Assembly: GCA_000934665.2 (NCBI GenBank)
Contig: JYFJ02003639.1
Location: 1-39,332 of the forward strand
Source of the DNA: Catajapyx aquilonaris
Lineage: Eukaryota
Length of the DNA stretch: 39,332 nt
Reading direction: 5' to 3'
Made by a program: the position numbers and the translations under genes. Positions 1 through 9,771 of this stretch are shown here, piece after piece (position 1 is the first letter of the stretch; every line of letters begins with the position of its first letter). A model generated the notes under the pieces. That model was not told the DNA's origin, made no database searches, and worked only from the letters and a program-made list of their open reading frames with translations.

Positions 1-267
1 TGGCGGGAAATTTTGTCATCCCGGTGACGTCACTACCGCTGCGCTATAATTGGCCCGATCCGTTATGGCGCTACCTGTAGGCTTCTATATACTTTGGTCC
101 TGGGCCTGCGGGCTCAGTCAGTCGCCAGCCTCTGAGGAGGTAACACCTCCAGAGAAGGCACTGACCGGCGTTGCCGTGTTCAGGACCCGATCATACCAAA
201 GACCATTGTTGTATTATTCATTCATACTTTCAGGATTACTCAGTAATTAGGGACAGGTGTCATATCT

Positions 268-485
268 GGGCCAGCAGGTATCTGCGTCGCTCAGATATAC
301 ACCAACCAAGCATTCGTTATATCAGGGCCAGCAGAATACTGCGTCGCCCAGATATACGAATCCTTCCACTTAAGACTGACCAGTCATGTGTCATGGATGG
401 GCCAGCAGGCATCTGCGTCGCCCATACATACACTGATTAGGTGAAGCATATCAGGGCCAGCAGGCAACTGCGTCGCTCGGATATC
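268..485 (+). repeat. Degenerate direct repeats (4 copies of GGGCCAGCAG..CTGCGTCGC)
   Basis: Core motif starts near 268, 325, 399 and 454 with variable spacers; probably part of a host repeat or retroelement terminus. Confidence 0.7.
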
Positions 486-1111
486 TGAACCTGGCAGTCT
501 TGAGCCGTACCCTGATCCTGGCAACAATTTAGTAATTGAGCTTCCCTCACACTAACCATACAGCAGGTTAGCGGAATCCCGAATCGGGGCAGGTGTACCA
601 ACAACACAACACTCTTTGGTCACCTTAACTCTTACCTGTGCATGTGCTCAAACCTGGCATCACACAGATTAAGAACATGTTATCTTTCGTGTAATGAAAG
701 GATAGTTCTTGGCCATAAATAAGCATTAGCGTATTCACGGGATGCATGTAGCACTATAGGCAGCATAGCATTCATGCTAGTGGGCTCAATAAATTCGAGT
801 ATCTGCCAGAGCATGATTTGACCCGATTTTATGACATTTGTTGCCTCATAAAATCACATTTTTTCCGCATGTATGCTCCTCATGCTGGATTGGGGTTCTG
901 AAATACAGTAAAAATACACGCAAGACATTGTGGCGACATAAAGTTCCTCACTTTGGAGAGGATACGACGTTCAGCTGTCCATCATAGTCTTATAAGGTGG
1001 ATGAGAACAGATACATTTCCATTGAACAAACTAACGACTGGAGCAAGAAATTTAAGTGGGTTATGGAGTCACTTCCGGAGAGCCCATACTCCGACGTTGG
1101 TGATGCTCTAC

Positions 1112-1342
1112 TACGGAAGCCCTGAGGGGCAAGCGTGTATTTTTATATTAGTCCGTCACTCTTTCTTTTAGTCCGTCACTTTTTATATTAGTCCGTCACT
1201 TTTTATTTTAGTCCGTGACGAACTAATATATAAAGTGACGAACTAATATATAAAGTGACGAACTAATATATAAAGTGACGAACTAAAAGAAAAAGTGACG
1301 GACTTATATAAAAATACACGCTTGCCCCTCAGGGCTTCCGTA
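1112..1342. mobile_element. 231-bp foldback MITE, IS3EU-like (TAC...GTA ends, 6-bp TSD)
   Basis: TACGGAAGCCCTGAGGGGCAAGCGTGTATTTTTATAT at the left end and its reverse complement ending at 1342. CTCTAC flanks both sides (1106-1111, 1343-1348). The interior is inverted arrays of a 20-bp unit (TTTTATATTAGTCCGTCACT). Superfamily inferred from TAY termini plus 6-bp TSD. Confidence 0.85.
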
Positions 1343-1713
1343 CTCTACAGTATCTCTCTATGAAACTGCACCTGACGTCTGCGGATCTTCAAATGGTGCT
1401 GCAGCAATTGAAGAACACAAAGTTTTGACTTTTGCTACCAGCACATGCTACTAGGTAATACAGAAATAAATACACAATCGCACTCATTACTTAGACATAA
1501 AACATTGGCCTGAATTTTGCAAAACATTATATTTATGCAATCTTCTGAATGAGGATTTCAGTGTCCACTTTCAGGACAGAGTGAATATTGAGGCAAACGG
1601 AACTGGATCACTTTGAAATGAGACTGCATCCGGACATCTTAAGGAGGCAAAAAAGGAAGAGGAGGATGACCTACATCTTTCCTTTTCCTCCAGGAATCTG
1701 CCTGAATAACCCT

Positions 1714-2051
1714 AGTAGTATTATGCCTATGTGTCCTGGCACACTTGGCCTAGGGACACTCCCCAACACCAGAGGCAGCACTGTCTATGTGAAATAACAT
1801 AGGTGGGCGCTGCCAGCGCCTGAGCGGTGGGGAGTGTCCCTAGGCCAAGTGTGCCAGGACACATAGGCATGTTTCTGGTTTTTACGACTCGGTAGGGGCG
1901 CTACCGTCTACGGGAAATATCATTGGGAAGCGCCGACAGAGCCAATGGCGGTAAGAATGGCACTAGCTGAAGTGTGCTAGGTTGGTTGCACCATGTAGGC
2001 TACCATCTTGTAAAATGGCGACACCCATGAGCACCGCCATCTTTATCGGAG
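1714..2051 (+). repeat. Left terminal inverted repeat (338 bp)
   Basis: Reverse complement of 21040-21377; mismatches only at 1954, 1992 and 2001. Confidence 0.97.
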
Positions 2052-2227
2052 TTTTGTGTGTACCACGGATGCCGTATCTTTATTGTAAAATTACTCAATA
2101 CTCAAACTACAAGCATATACGGCTTGAAACTCATTACACTCCATAACATTCGGTTATTTTCTTTCAACCGCGGAATTCCCATTATTCCTTTTTAAATCTT
2201 ACCATCTGTCTGTAAAAGTAGGGGGGC

Positions 2228-2526
2228 CTGACAGTTCCATTAAGTGGCTATTAACGGGCATTTTCACCTGTCCATGGGCTCTTAAAAAGAGTGACTGACA
2301 GTCCCATTACCTGAGATATTTCCACCTGGTAATGGGTCCACATAGAGAGTGACTGACAGGTCCATTACCTAAGGAATTTCCACCTGGTAATGGGCCCTCA
2401 TAGAGAGTGACTGACAGGTCCATTACCTAAGGAATTTCCAATTACCCATGGGCTCTCAAAGAGAGTGACTGACAGTTCCATTACCTCAGATATTTCCACC
2501 TGGCTAATACTGAAGGTTCCATTAAG
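2228..2526 (+). repeat. Subterminal 58-bp tandem repeat array
   Basis: TGACTGACAG recurs at 2292, 2350, 2408 and 2466 (period 58), with degenerate partial copies on either side. Confidence 0.9.
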
Positions 2527-2692
2527 TGCTGGTAATAAGCTAACATTTTTCAGCTTCTTTTGCGCAGCAGCAAAACAGGGTAGAAGGCGAAGGTAGTCAG
2601 TTATAAATTTCTCCTTGACTGTACAAGTCGTGCCCTCTGCGTGTCCTGTGCCTCTACAATACCTGTGCCCAGATATAATACTTCCAGTGATT

Positions 2693-2796
2693 AGAGCAAT
2701 TGTGTATCGCGCTAAGTGCTTATAACCTGCTCATGTGTTAAGTGGCAAGAGCAATTGTGTATCGTGCTAAGTGCTTACCTGTACACGTGTCAAGTG
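2693..2796 (+). repeat. Two ~55-bp direct repeats
   Basis: AGAGCAATTGTGTATCG(C/T)GCTAAGTGCTTA at 2693 and 2748. Confidence 0.8.
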
Positions 2797-3113
2797 GATT
2801 GTGTCATGTGATTGTGTCCCAGATCGATATTGTGATAGTAGGATTGTTGGGAATGCATTACAAAACATGTTTTAGAGAAATTGTAAGTACAAACCTATTT
2901 TTATTTGCAAAATGACAACTAAAAGGAACATATATACGTACAATATCATGTTTACAAAGGTCATTTTCTATCCTTAAAAGCTACCAGCATAACAAAGCAT
3001 GTTTTAGAGTAATGGTTAGTACAACTATATATTGTGATTCATGTGTACCTTGATGGGAATGAGTTACAATATTTTTAACTGTTTAAAACTTTTTAAAACT
3101 GTTTGAAAATTTT

Positions 3114-3488
3114 TCACAATAAGGTATTTACGACGGTTATTTTTTTTTGTCCCTCGATCACCTTCTCTATGACATATCGCTCAGAGCTTATATTTTCGCA
3201 TAATATGCTCATAGCCTTATTGACTTCTTCATTACATACATTGACAAATTTGATAATGATAATAGGGATGTTGTCTCGTGTAATAGTGATTGTAGCAGAG
3301 TTACAATCAGGTATAAAGTCATTTTCCATGAAACGAAAGTGTTGAGATATTATTAGATCCCCATTTTCATTTTTTAAATCATATCCGGCCAAGATAGCAT
3401 GTTGGAAAAATGTACGCAAAGCTTGATCGACTTCTTCATCAAATTCATTAATAAATCCATCACATACAAGATTATCAAATTTGACCAT
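3114..3488 (-). CDS. Polinton accessory hypothetical protein (frame open upstream to an acceptor-like site at 3552)
   Basis: 124-aa ORF in AT-rich DNA, co-oriented with its neighbours; no recognisable domain. Confidence 0.6.
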   Translation of the reverse strand: MVKFDNLVCDGFINEFDEEVDQALRTFFQHAILAGYDLKNENGDLIISQHFRFMENDFIPDCNSATITITRDNIPIIIIKFVNVCNEEVNKAMSILCENISSERYVIEKVIEGQKKITVVNTLL

Positions 3489-3575
3489 GACTGTAGGAAA
3501 GTCAGCTTGTTTATTAGTTATTGCGGAAAGGATATTATCTTGCTTTAAGGCCCTGAAATGACGAGAAAATGTCTT

Positions 3576-3963
3576 TTACTCACTTTCACTTTCACTTATG
3601 AAGTCAGAACCAACACTTTCATAGTTAGAATCTAAATCTAAATCCCAATAATGAAAAGGTCGGCATATGCATTGAAGTGTGTCCAGCACAGCACAACATT
3701 TGTTACATACAATGTAACCATACAGAACATTCCCATTTAATATTTTCTTTTCGTCAAGTATTTGATATACTTCTCTGGCAAATATTTTCGACACTTGATT
3801 AAACTGAATGGATAATGTTCCATTAAATTCTGGCACAATAACTATGTTGTATACGAAATCAGAATAATCTAGATCATAAAGTGGACCTTTCCTTCCTTGC
3901 AAGCATGCCCTCCAAACAGATTTTAATCCATTAATCACTGAGAATATGTAGTTCTCATTTTGC
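3576..3963 (-). CDS. Cys-rich accessory protein with acidic tail, paralog of 4001-4444; no in-frame ATG, probably a 3' exon
   Basis: Shares RQN..Y, LKSVWR.C, I.IVP, G.I.CxxC and CxC with the neighbouring ORF. Preceded by a CACTAAC branch-like motif and TTACAG acceptor. Confidence 0.7.
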
Positions 3964-4000
3964 CTGTAATTAAAGGGAATTCAAGCAAGAAAGTTAGTGA

Positions 4001-4444
4001 CTATTCCCCATTATCACTATCACTAGTTGGTAGCATGTCAGACTCGTCACTATCAGATGAACTATAGTAAATGTCTTCACCATTCAAACACATGCAAGGC
4101 ATATTAGGCCAGCCAACTGCAGCACAATATCGACAAGTTATTTTCCCACATACCATATCACCCCCTGGGGCAAGCTTTTTATATAATTTGCCGATAGTAT
4201 CAACAGCTATCTCCTGTGGTAGGTCATTAAATTTCTGAGTAGTAGTTAGATTCCTATCTGGGACTATTAATATGTCGCAAACAATCAGTTTGATTTCTCG
4301 ACCCATTTCATCATATTTTGGGATATGACCTTTTGGCGTGTGCATATCTATACAAATTCTCCAAACGCTTTTTAGTTTACTGCAATAGTCGGTAAAGTAC
4401 TTCTGATTTTGCCTGAAAGTAGAGAAATGTATTTGTTTTACCAT
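4001..4444 (-). CDS. Cys-rich (CxxC...CxC) accessory protein with Ser/Asp-rich tail
   Basis: 147-aa ORF, clearly paralogous to 3576-3963; TATA-like run at about 4515-4523 upstream. Confidence 0.75.
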   Translation of the reverse strand: MVKQIHFSTFRQNQKYFTDYCSKLKSVWRICIDMHTPKGHIPKYDEMGREIKLIVCDILIVPDRNLTTTQKFNDLPQEIAVDTIGKLYKKLAPGGDMVCGKITCRYCAAVGWPNMPCMCLNGEDIYYSSSDSDESDMLPTSDSDNGE

Positions 4445-4634
4445 AACTGTTAATTTTTATGTCTGAATTAAACAAAGGAATATCCTGCAAGGCTATGATC
4501 ATATTTGGGATAAATATATATATAACCAACCCTACGATTTCCCATTTGATTAAAATCTACATACTAAGAACTAAGTTTATATGAAAACAAAAACACACAC
4601 AATGAAACGCATATTCTGAATTTTTATGAGAGAG

Positions 4635-5201
4635 TTAAACAAATGAATACCCCATTTCCCGAAGTTTTTTTTCAAATTTTTGTAATGCTATTATTATATT
4701 AGGAATAAATTTATAATAGAACCACCCCCCACGATTCCCCATTTGGTCAAAATCCCCATTAGGAAATTGTCGGATATGTACGTAGGGGGAGGTTTCGTAT
4801 TTTTTCATGATAGCATACCAGTCATTCCTATAAATTTCTACTGCGGCGATGTCATCCATTACCATATTTTCAGGTTTCTCTACTTCGGTATTCTTTCCTA
4901 AAAAGAACCATGTATAAATATGTGAATAAAAATAAAAATATACTATACATACTGGTAGCATGTTGTTTCTTGGTTTTCTTTGACCCCGCCTTGACTACTG
5001 GCAGAGGTATAGGCTTGCTATCTTCTTCATCAGAGCTGCTGATATCGACTCTTGGTTGAAGCTTGGTCTTACGACGCGCACCACCTACAATATATTTTAT
5101 TGTAAATCTAATAAGAAAAATGTTAAAAAGTACTTACCTGATGCACCGGAGGGCCCTGCAATGGCGGCGGAGTCGAGGGCTACAATCTTCTTGGGTGGCA
5201 T
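4635..5201 (-). CDS. Spliced 152-aa PC4-like ssDNA-binding/coactivator protein (exons 5201-5138, 5084-4953, 4897-4635)
   Basis: Two phase-1 GT-AG introns (53 and 55 nt) join MPPKK...ISSSDEEDSK...KKTKKQ in frame to YAIMKKYETSPYVHIRQF...RGGWF. The latter resembles the PC4 core (YV.V..F.G...IDIREY...KGI.L). Confidence 0.65.
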
Positions 5202-5394
5202 GATGATCACACACAAACACTCCGCTACTTAACAACTGTGTAAATGTACTGAGAAGTAGGGTTCTCAAGTTGGATGCTCAAGTAGTATTGATGTGTTGTG
5301 AGTCCTTCAACGCAAATATATAGTTTCTGCGAAGGGTCACGTGACGATAATGTACAGTACCACGCACGTATGTATCGCAAAAAGTAATACGTGT

Positions 5395-5890
5395 AAGTAG
5401 GCGTCTGTTGAGGTCATTTCCCAGTTGGGGTGAAGGAGAGGGAGTGGCTGTTATAAGAGGTCAAGCGGATGTCTGGTTGTCAGATGATACCGTTAGTAGG
5501 CGTCTGCTGAGCTCATTTACCAGATGTAAGAGGAGGATGTGAATTAATGAGGGGGAGTGAAATCTATATTATAAAAAGCGAGTTCATACTTGTTGGCGTC
5601 TGTTATAAGCGCTCAAGCGGATGTCTGGTTGCCAGATGATACCGTTAGTAGGCGTCTGTCGAGGTCATCTGCATGATGGTGTGAAGGAGGATGTGAATTA
5701 ATGAGAGGGGAGTGTCTGTTATAAGAGGTTAAGAGGATGTCTGGCTTTCAGATGATACCGTTAGTAGGCGTCTGTTGAGGTCATTTACCAGATGTAAGAG
5801 GAGGATGTGAATTAATGAGTGGGAGTGAAATGCCAAATGTTATAATATAAAAAAAGCAAGTTCATACTTACAAGTACAGGCGTCTGGTTA
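5395..5890. promoter_or_regulatory. Repetitive divergent promoter region between the PC4-like gene and polB
   Basis: Three copies of TTATAAG..AAG.GGATGTCTGG..CAGATGATACCGTTAGTAGGCGTCTG (about 5450, 5602, 5718), repeated GAGGATGTGAATTAATGAG, and TATA-like TATAATATAAA near 5841. Confidence 0.6.
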
Positions 5891-5922
5891 TACGGGTTTA
5901 TTCGCACTAAGGAGAGACCAGA

Positions 5923-8900
5923 ATGAGCTCGAGGAAGGCACATACTTGCACTCTGTGCAATGTAGGATTTTCTTCAAGACAGCAATTATTGCGTCATAAT
6001 GCTAATAACCACTTATGTAGTTTATGTAACGTGGTTATGTCCAACCGTGCTGAATTGTTAACACATCAAGAGGTAGTACACCCAATTCCGGATGTGGTAA
6101 GTACGATTTTAAATATAAGGTAATAATTTTATTAATATACTTTTAATAATTTAGGGTGAGTTCCGGTTGGAAAATTCTGCATTCCACAATGGCTTGCGAC
6201 AATTCCGATGTGAAAACGTGCATAATGCTACATCGGTGGAAGAAGTATTCCGGCAGTTCAGCCCACGGGAAATATGGCAAACACACCTAAACTTTTTTCC
6301 GGCACTACGAACACAGGTGACTCTTAGTGTTCTCATGGGAAAATTGGAAGGTGAGGAGGAAAATGAGTCCATTGCATATTTTCCAAGCACCTACGAAACC
6401 ATTTATCGTGAGTCTAATATGGAAGACGTGATTGAGAAGATGGTTGAAAAGATTAATACTAATATTGCCAATTATGAAAGTCGTGGATCAAATTGGTTTA
6501 TAAAGTGTTTTGAAATGCTAGATGTTGTTGTAGGAAATTATTCAGCTTGGAAAGTAGGGTGTTTTGTGGAAACACCTAAAGAATTGGTTCCCAAGAAGGC
6601 TATTATTAATGTGCAAGCTCCTAAGAATAAGTGTTTTTTATATAGTGTAGCAGCTGGCATGTTGAAAAATATTCGGAATCCTAACAGACCGGGACATTAT
6701 GAGGGACTTATTCAGAAATTTAATATCGAAAACCTAAATTTTCCCATCTCCGTTAAGGATGTTGATAAATTTGAAAGACAGAATTCAGTCTCTATCAATG
6801 TATTTGGTTACGAGGAATTTACAATTTTTCCCTTGCGAGTAACAGAGGTCGACAAGTTAAGTCATGTAAATCTACTGTTATTAGAGCAAAATGGAATGCG
6901 ACATTTTTGTACTATAACCAACCTAAGTCGTCTTTTGGCAACTGGCTCAGAATGTGGTCACTATAATTACTGTAGGTATTGTTTAAACAGATTTAAACAT
7001 ACATGTGAAGATCATGAAGCACAATGTAGAAATTTTGGATTACAGAAAACAAAAATTCCTGTTAATAGAAATCTAACTTTTAAGAACATACATAAGAAGC
7101 TGAAGAAAAGTTTTGTGGCATATGCAGACTTTGAATGTTTCATTTCCGATTCAAACAAGCACGTGCCACATAGCTATTCATATGTCATAATAAATGCGAG
7201 TGGGCAGGTTCACAAATTCCAATTGTATAGGGGTCCCAACACAATTTCCCACTTTTTGCAAAGTCTAACAGAAGATATTAAAACCATAGTTCCCAAAATA
7301 CAAGAAAACCGTAAACGGAAACGAGGGATTGAAGAGGGAGAACCTGAAATATGCCACATATGTGAAGAATCATTTGAGCCTAATGATGTTATTGTAGTCG
7401 ACCATGATCATAATAACGGAAAGTTTCGGGGATTTGCACATCGTCATTGTAATTTATCATATCGTCTAGATGATAAAATCCCCATATTTTTTCACAACTT
7501 CACGCGCTATGACAGTCATTTTTTAATTCGGGAAATGGCTGGCACAGATGCTCACATTGAACTAATTGCTCGAAATTCTGAACAAATCATTTGTATGATA
7601 GTGAATGACATGTGTTTTATTGACAGTTATAATTTTTTAGCATCCAGTTTAGAAAAATTAGTTGAAAATCTGGTTAACGCTCAGTCCAACTTTTCTATTG
7701 TTAAACAAGTGATAAAGGATCCAACTCTGATCGACTGTTTTAAGAGGAAAGGAGTTTTTCCCTATGAATATGTCACAAATTGGAATTGCTTTGATGACAC
7801 GTCTTTACCAAAAAGAGAAGCATTTTTTTCCACTTTATCAGGAAAAGGAATTACGCTAGAAGATTATGATTTTGCTAAAAAAATGTGGCAAGTTGCAAAG
7901 TGTGAAAATTTAGGTCAATATTCTGACGAGTATTTACGTGCAGATACGTTACTTCTTGCGCAGGTCTTTGAGGAATTTCGAAAACTTACTGATGTGACAT
8001 ACAAACTCGACCCTTGTCATTATATCAGTCTCCCCGGTTTAACTTTAGATGCTTGCCTTAAAAAAACCAAAATCAGTATAGAATTATTTAATCATGTAGA
8101 TTTTTACCAATTTGTAGAACGTGGGATACGAGGAGGATGTTCATTTATTGGCCAGAGATATAGCAAAGCAAACAATCCATACATGGGGTCAAAGTTCAAC
8201 AAAACTAAACCAACTTCTTATATTGTTTATCTTGATTTTAATAATTTATATGGGTACGCGCAAACCCAATTATTACCTGTAGGTGGTTATTGTTGGCGCG
8301 AGCCAAAAGATTTTGAGAAATGGATACATAATAATGCTATTGATGTATCGGATGATTCGGAGGTGGGTTACATGTTGGAAGTTGACCTAGATTACCCTAA
8401 TGACTTGCATATGGAGCATTCGTGTTTTCCATTAGCACCAGAGAAATTAATAGTAAAAGATAAATGGTTGTCCGACTTTCAAAAAACCATGAGTGGGCGG
8501 AAAGGTCCATCTAGGGTTGCTAAGCTAGTCCCAAATCTCTTTAACAAAAAGAATTACATTGTTGACTACAGATGTCTCAAACTTTACTTAAAGCATGGTT
8601 TGAAATTGGTTCGTATACATAGAGTCTTACAGTATAAACAATCTCACATCTTAAAGGAATACATTGAACTAAACAATGACCTTAGAAAAGAAGCTAAAAA
8701 TGATTTTGACAAATCTTTTTATAAGCTGATGAATAATTCTCTTTATGGAAAATGTTTAGAAGATGTTAGAAATCGACAGAATTTCGAACTTATAACCAAC
8801 CAGAAAAAGCTTCAAAAACGTATGAATGCTCCATCACTACAAAGAGCTATGGTTTTGGCCAAAGATTTAGTCTTAATACAAAAAAGAAAACTTTGTGTTG

Positions 8901-9499
8901 AACTCTCAAAACCTATCATTCTAGGTTTTACTATTCTAGAATTGGCTAAAAAACAAATGTATTCCTTCCACTATGACTTCATTAAACCATTGTATGGGGA
9001 CAGGTGCACTCTTTTAATGTCTGATACGGATAGTTATGTCTATTCAATTCAGACGGATGACATATATGCAGACATGAAGAAAAACAGCCAGTACTTTGAT
9101 CTTTCCAACTACCCTAAAACGCATGATTTATATGACTTGAGCAATAAAAGTCGGCTCGGGATAATGAAAGATGAATTGGGTGGAAAAATTGCTCATTCTT
9201 TTATTGGCTTAAAACCAAAAGCTTATAACCTTTTGCTAGAAGATGGAACTGAGAAAAGGGCGGCAAAAGGGGTCAGTCGTTCTACCAAGCTGAGTCATAG
9301 TGTATATAAGGAAGTATTAAAAAAGCAGATTGCAGTATATACTAAGATTGTACAAATTCGCAGCAAAAATCATGAAGTGTCTACTGAAACTGGTGTTAAG
9401 GTGGCATTACAACCATATGATGATAAGCGATATATCTTTGATGATGGATGTACTACAAGTGCTCTGGGTCATGTAGATAATAAGACATCTGACGAATAA
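5923..9499 (+). CDS. polB: Protein-primed family B DNA polymerase, spliced (exons 5923-6096, 6155-9499; 1172 aa), with N-terminal C2H2 zinc fingers and an inserted endonuclease VII-like domain
   Basis: Exonuclease motifs YADFEC, FHNFTRYDSHF and YLRADTLLL; RKGVFPYEY; polymerase motifs LDFNNLYG, KLMNNSLYGK and SDTDS. A phase-0 intron (6097-6154, GTAAGT...TTTAG) supplies the ATG missing from the TTG-started 6167 ORF. Confidence 0.95.
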
Positions 9500-9635
9500 C
9501 TTTTGTATTACTTATAAATAAGGTGAATAATAAATCACATTTTTAAACATCTAAGTGTTTATTACATTGTTGCACACACCTACAAACCATTAATCGAACC
9601 ATTTCAGGATGATTTACCTGTGGAGTCGTTATTGA

Positions 9636-9770
9636 TAAATCTAACGATGTTATTGCTAAAATAGATATCGATGGAATGATACGTTAAATCTAACGAAGAT
9701 ATCGATAAATCGATACGTTAAATCTAGCGATAACGATAGAACGATACGTTAAATCTAACGATATTGATAT
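9636..9770. repeat. Short CGAT-rich repeats between the convergent polB and ATPase genes
   Basis: GATACGTTAAATCTA at 9678, 9712 and 9743; TATCGATA at 9700-9707. Confidence 0.75.
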
Positions 9771-9771
9771 G

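Noticed and set aside
1141..1310. CRISPR or iteron array
   Set aside because: The 20-bp units have no spacers and are the interior of a TSD-flanked MITE.
2228..2526. CRISPR-like array
   Set aside because: The units are near-identical tandem repeats without unique spacers, there are no cas genes, and the context is eukaryotic.
6167..6169. TTG start for PolB
   Set aside because: An in-frame canonical intron links the ORF to the ATG at 5923; a prokaryote-style start is unnecessary.
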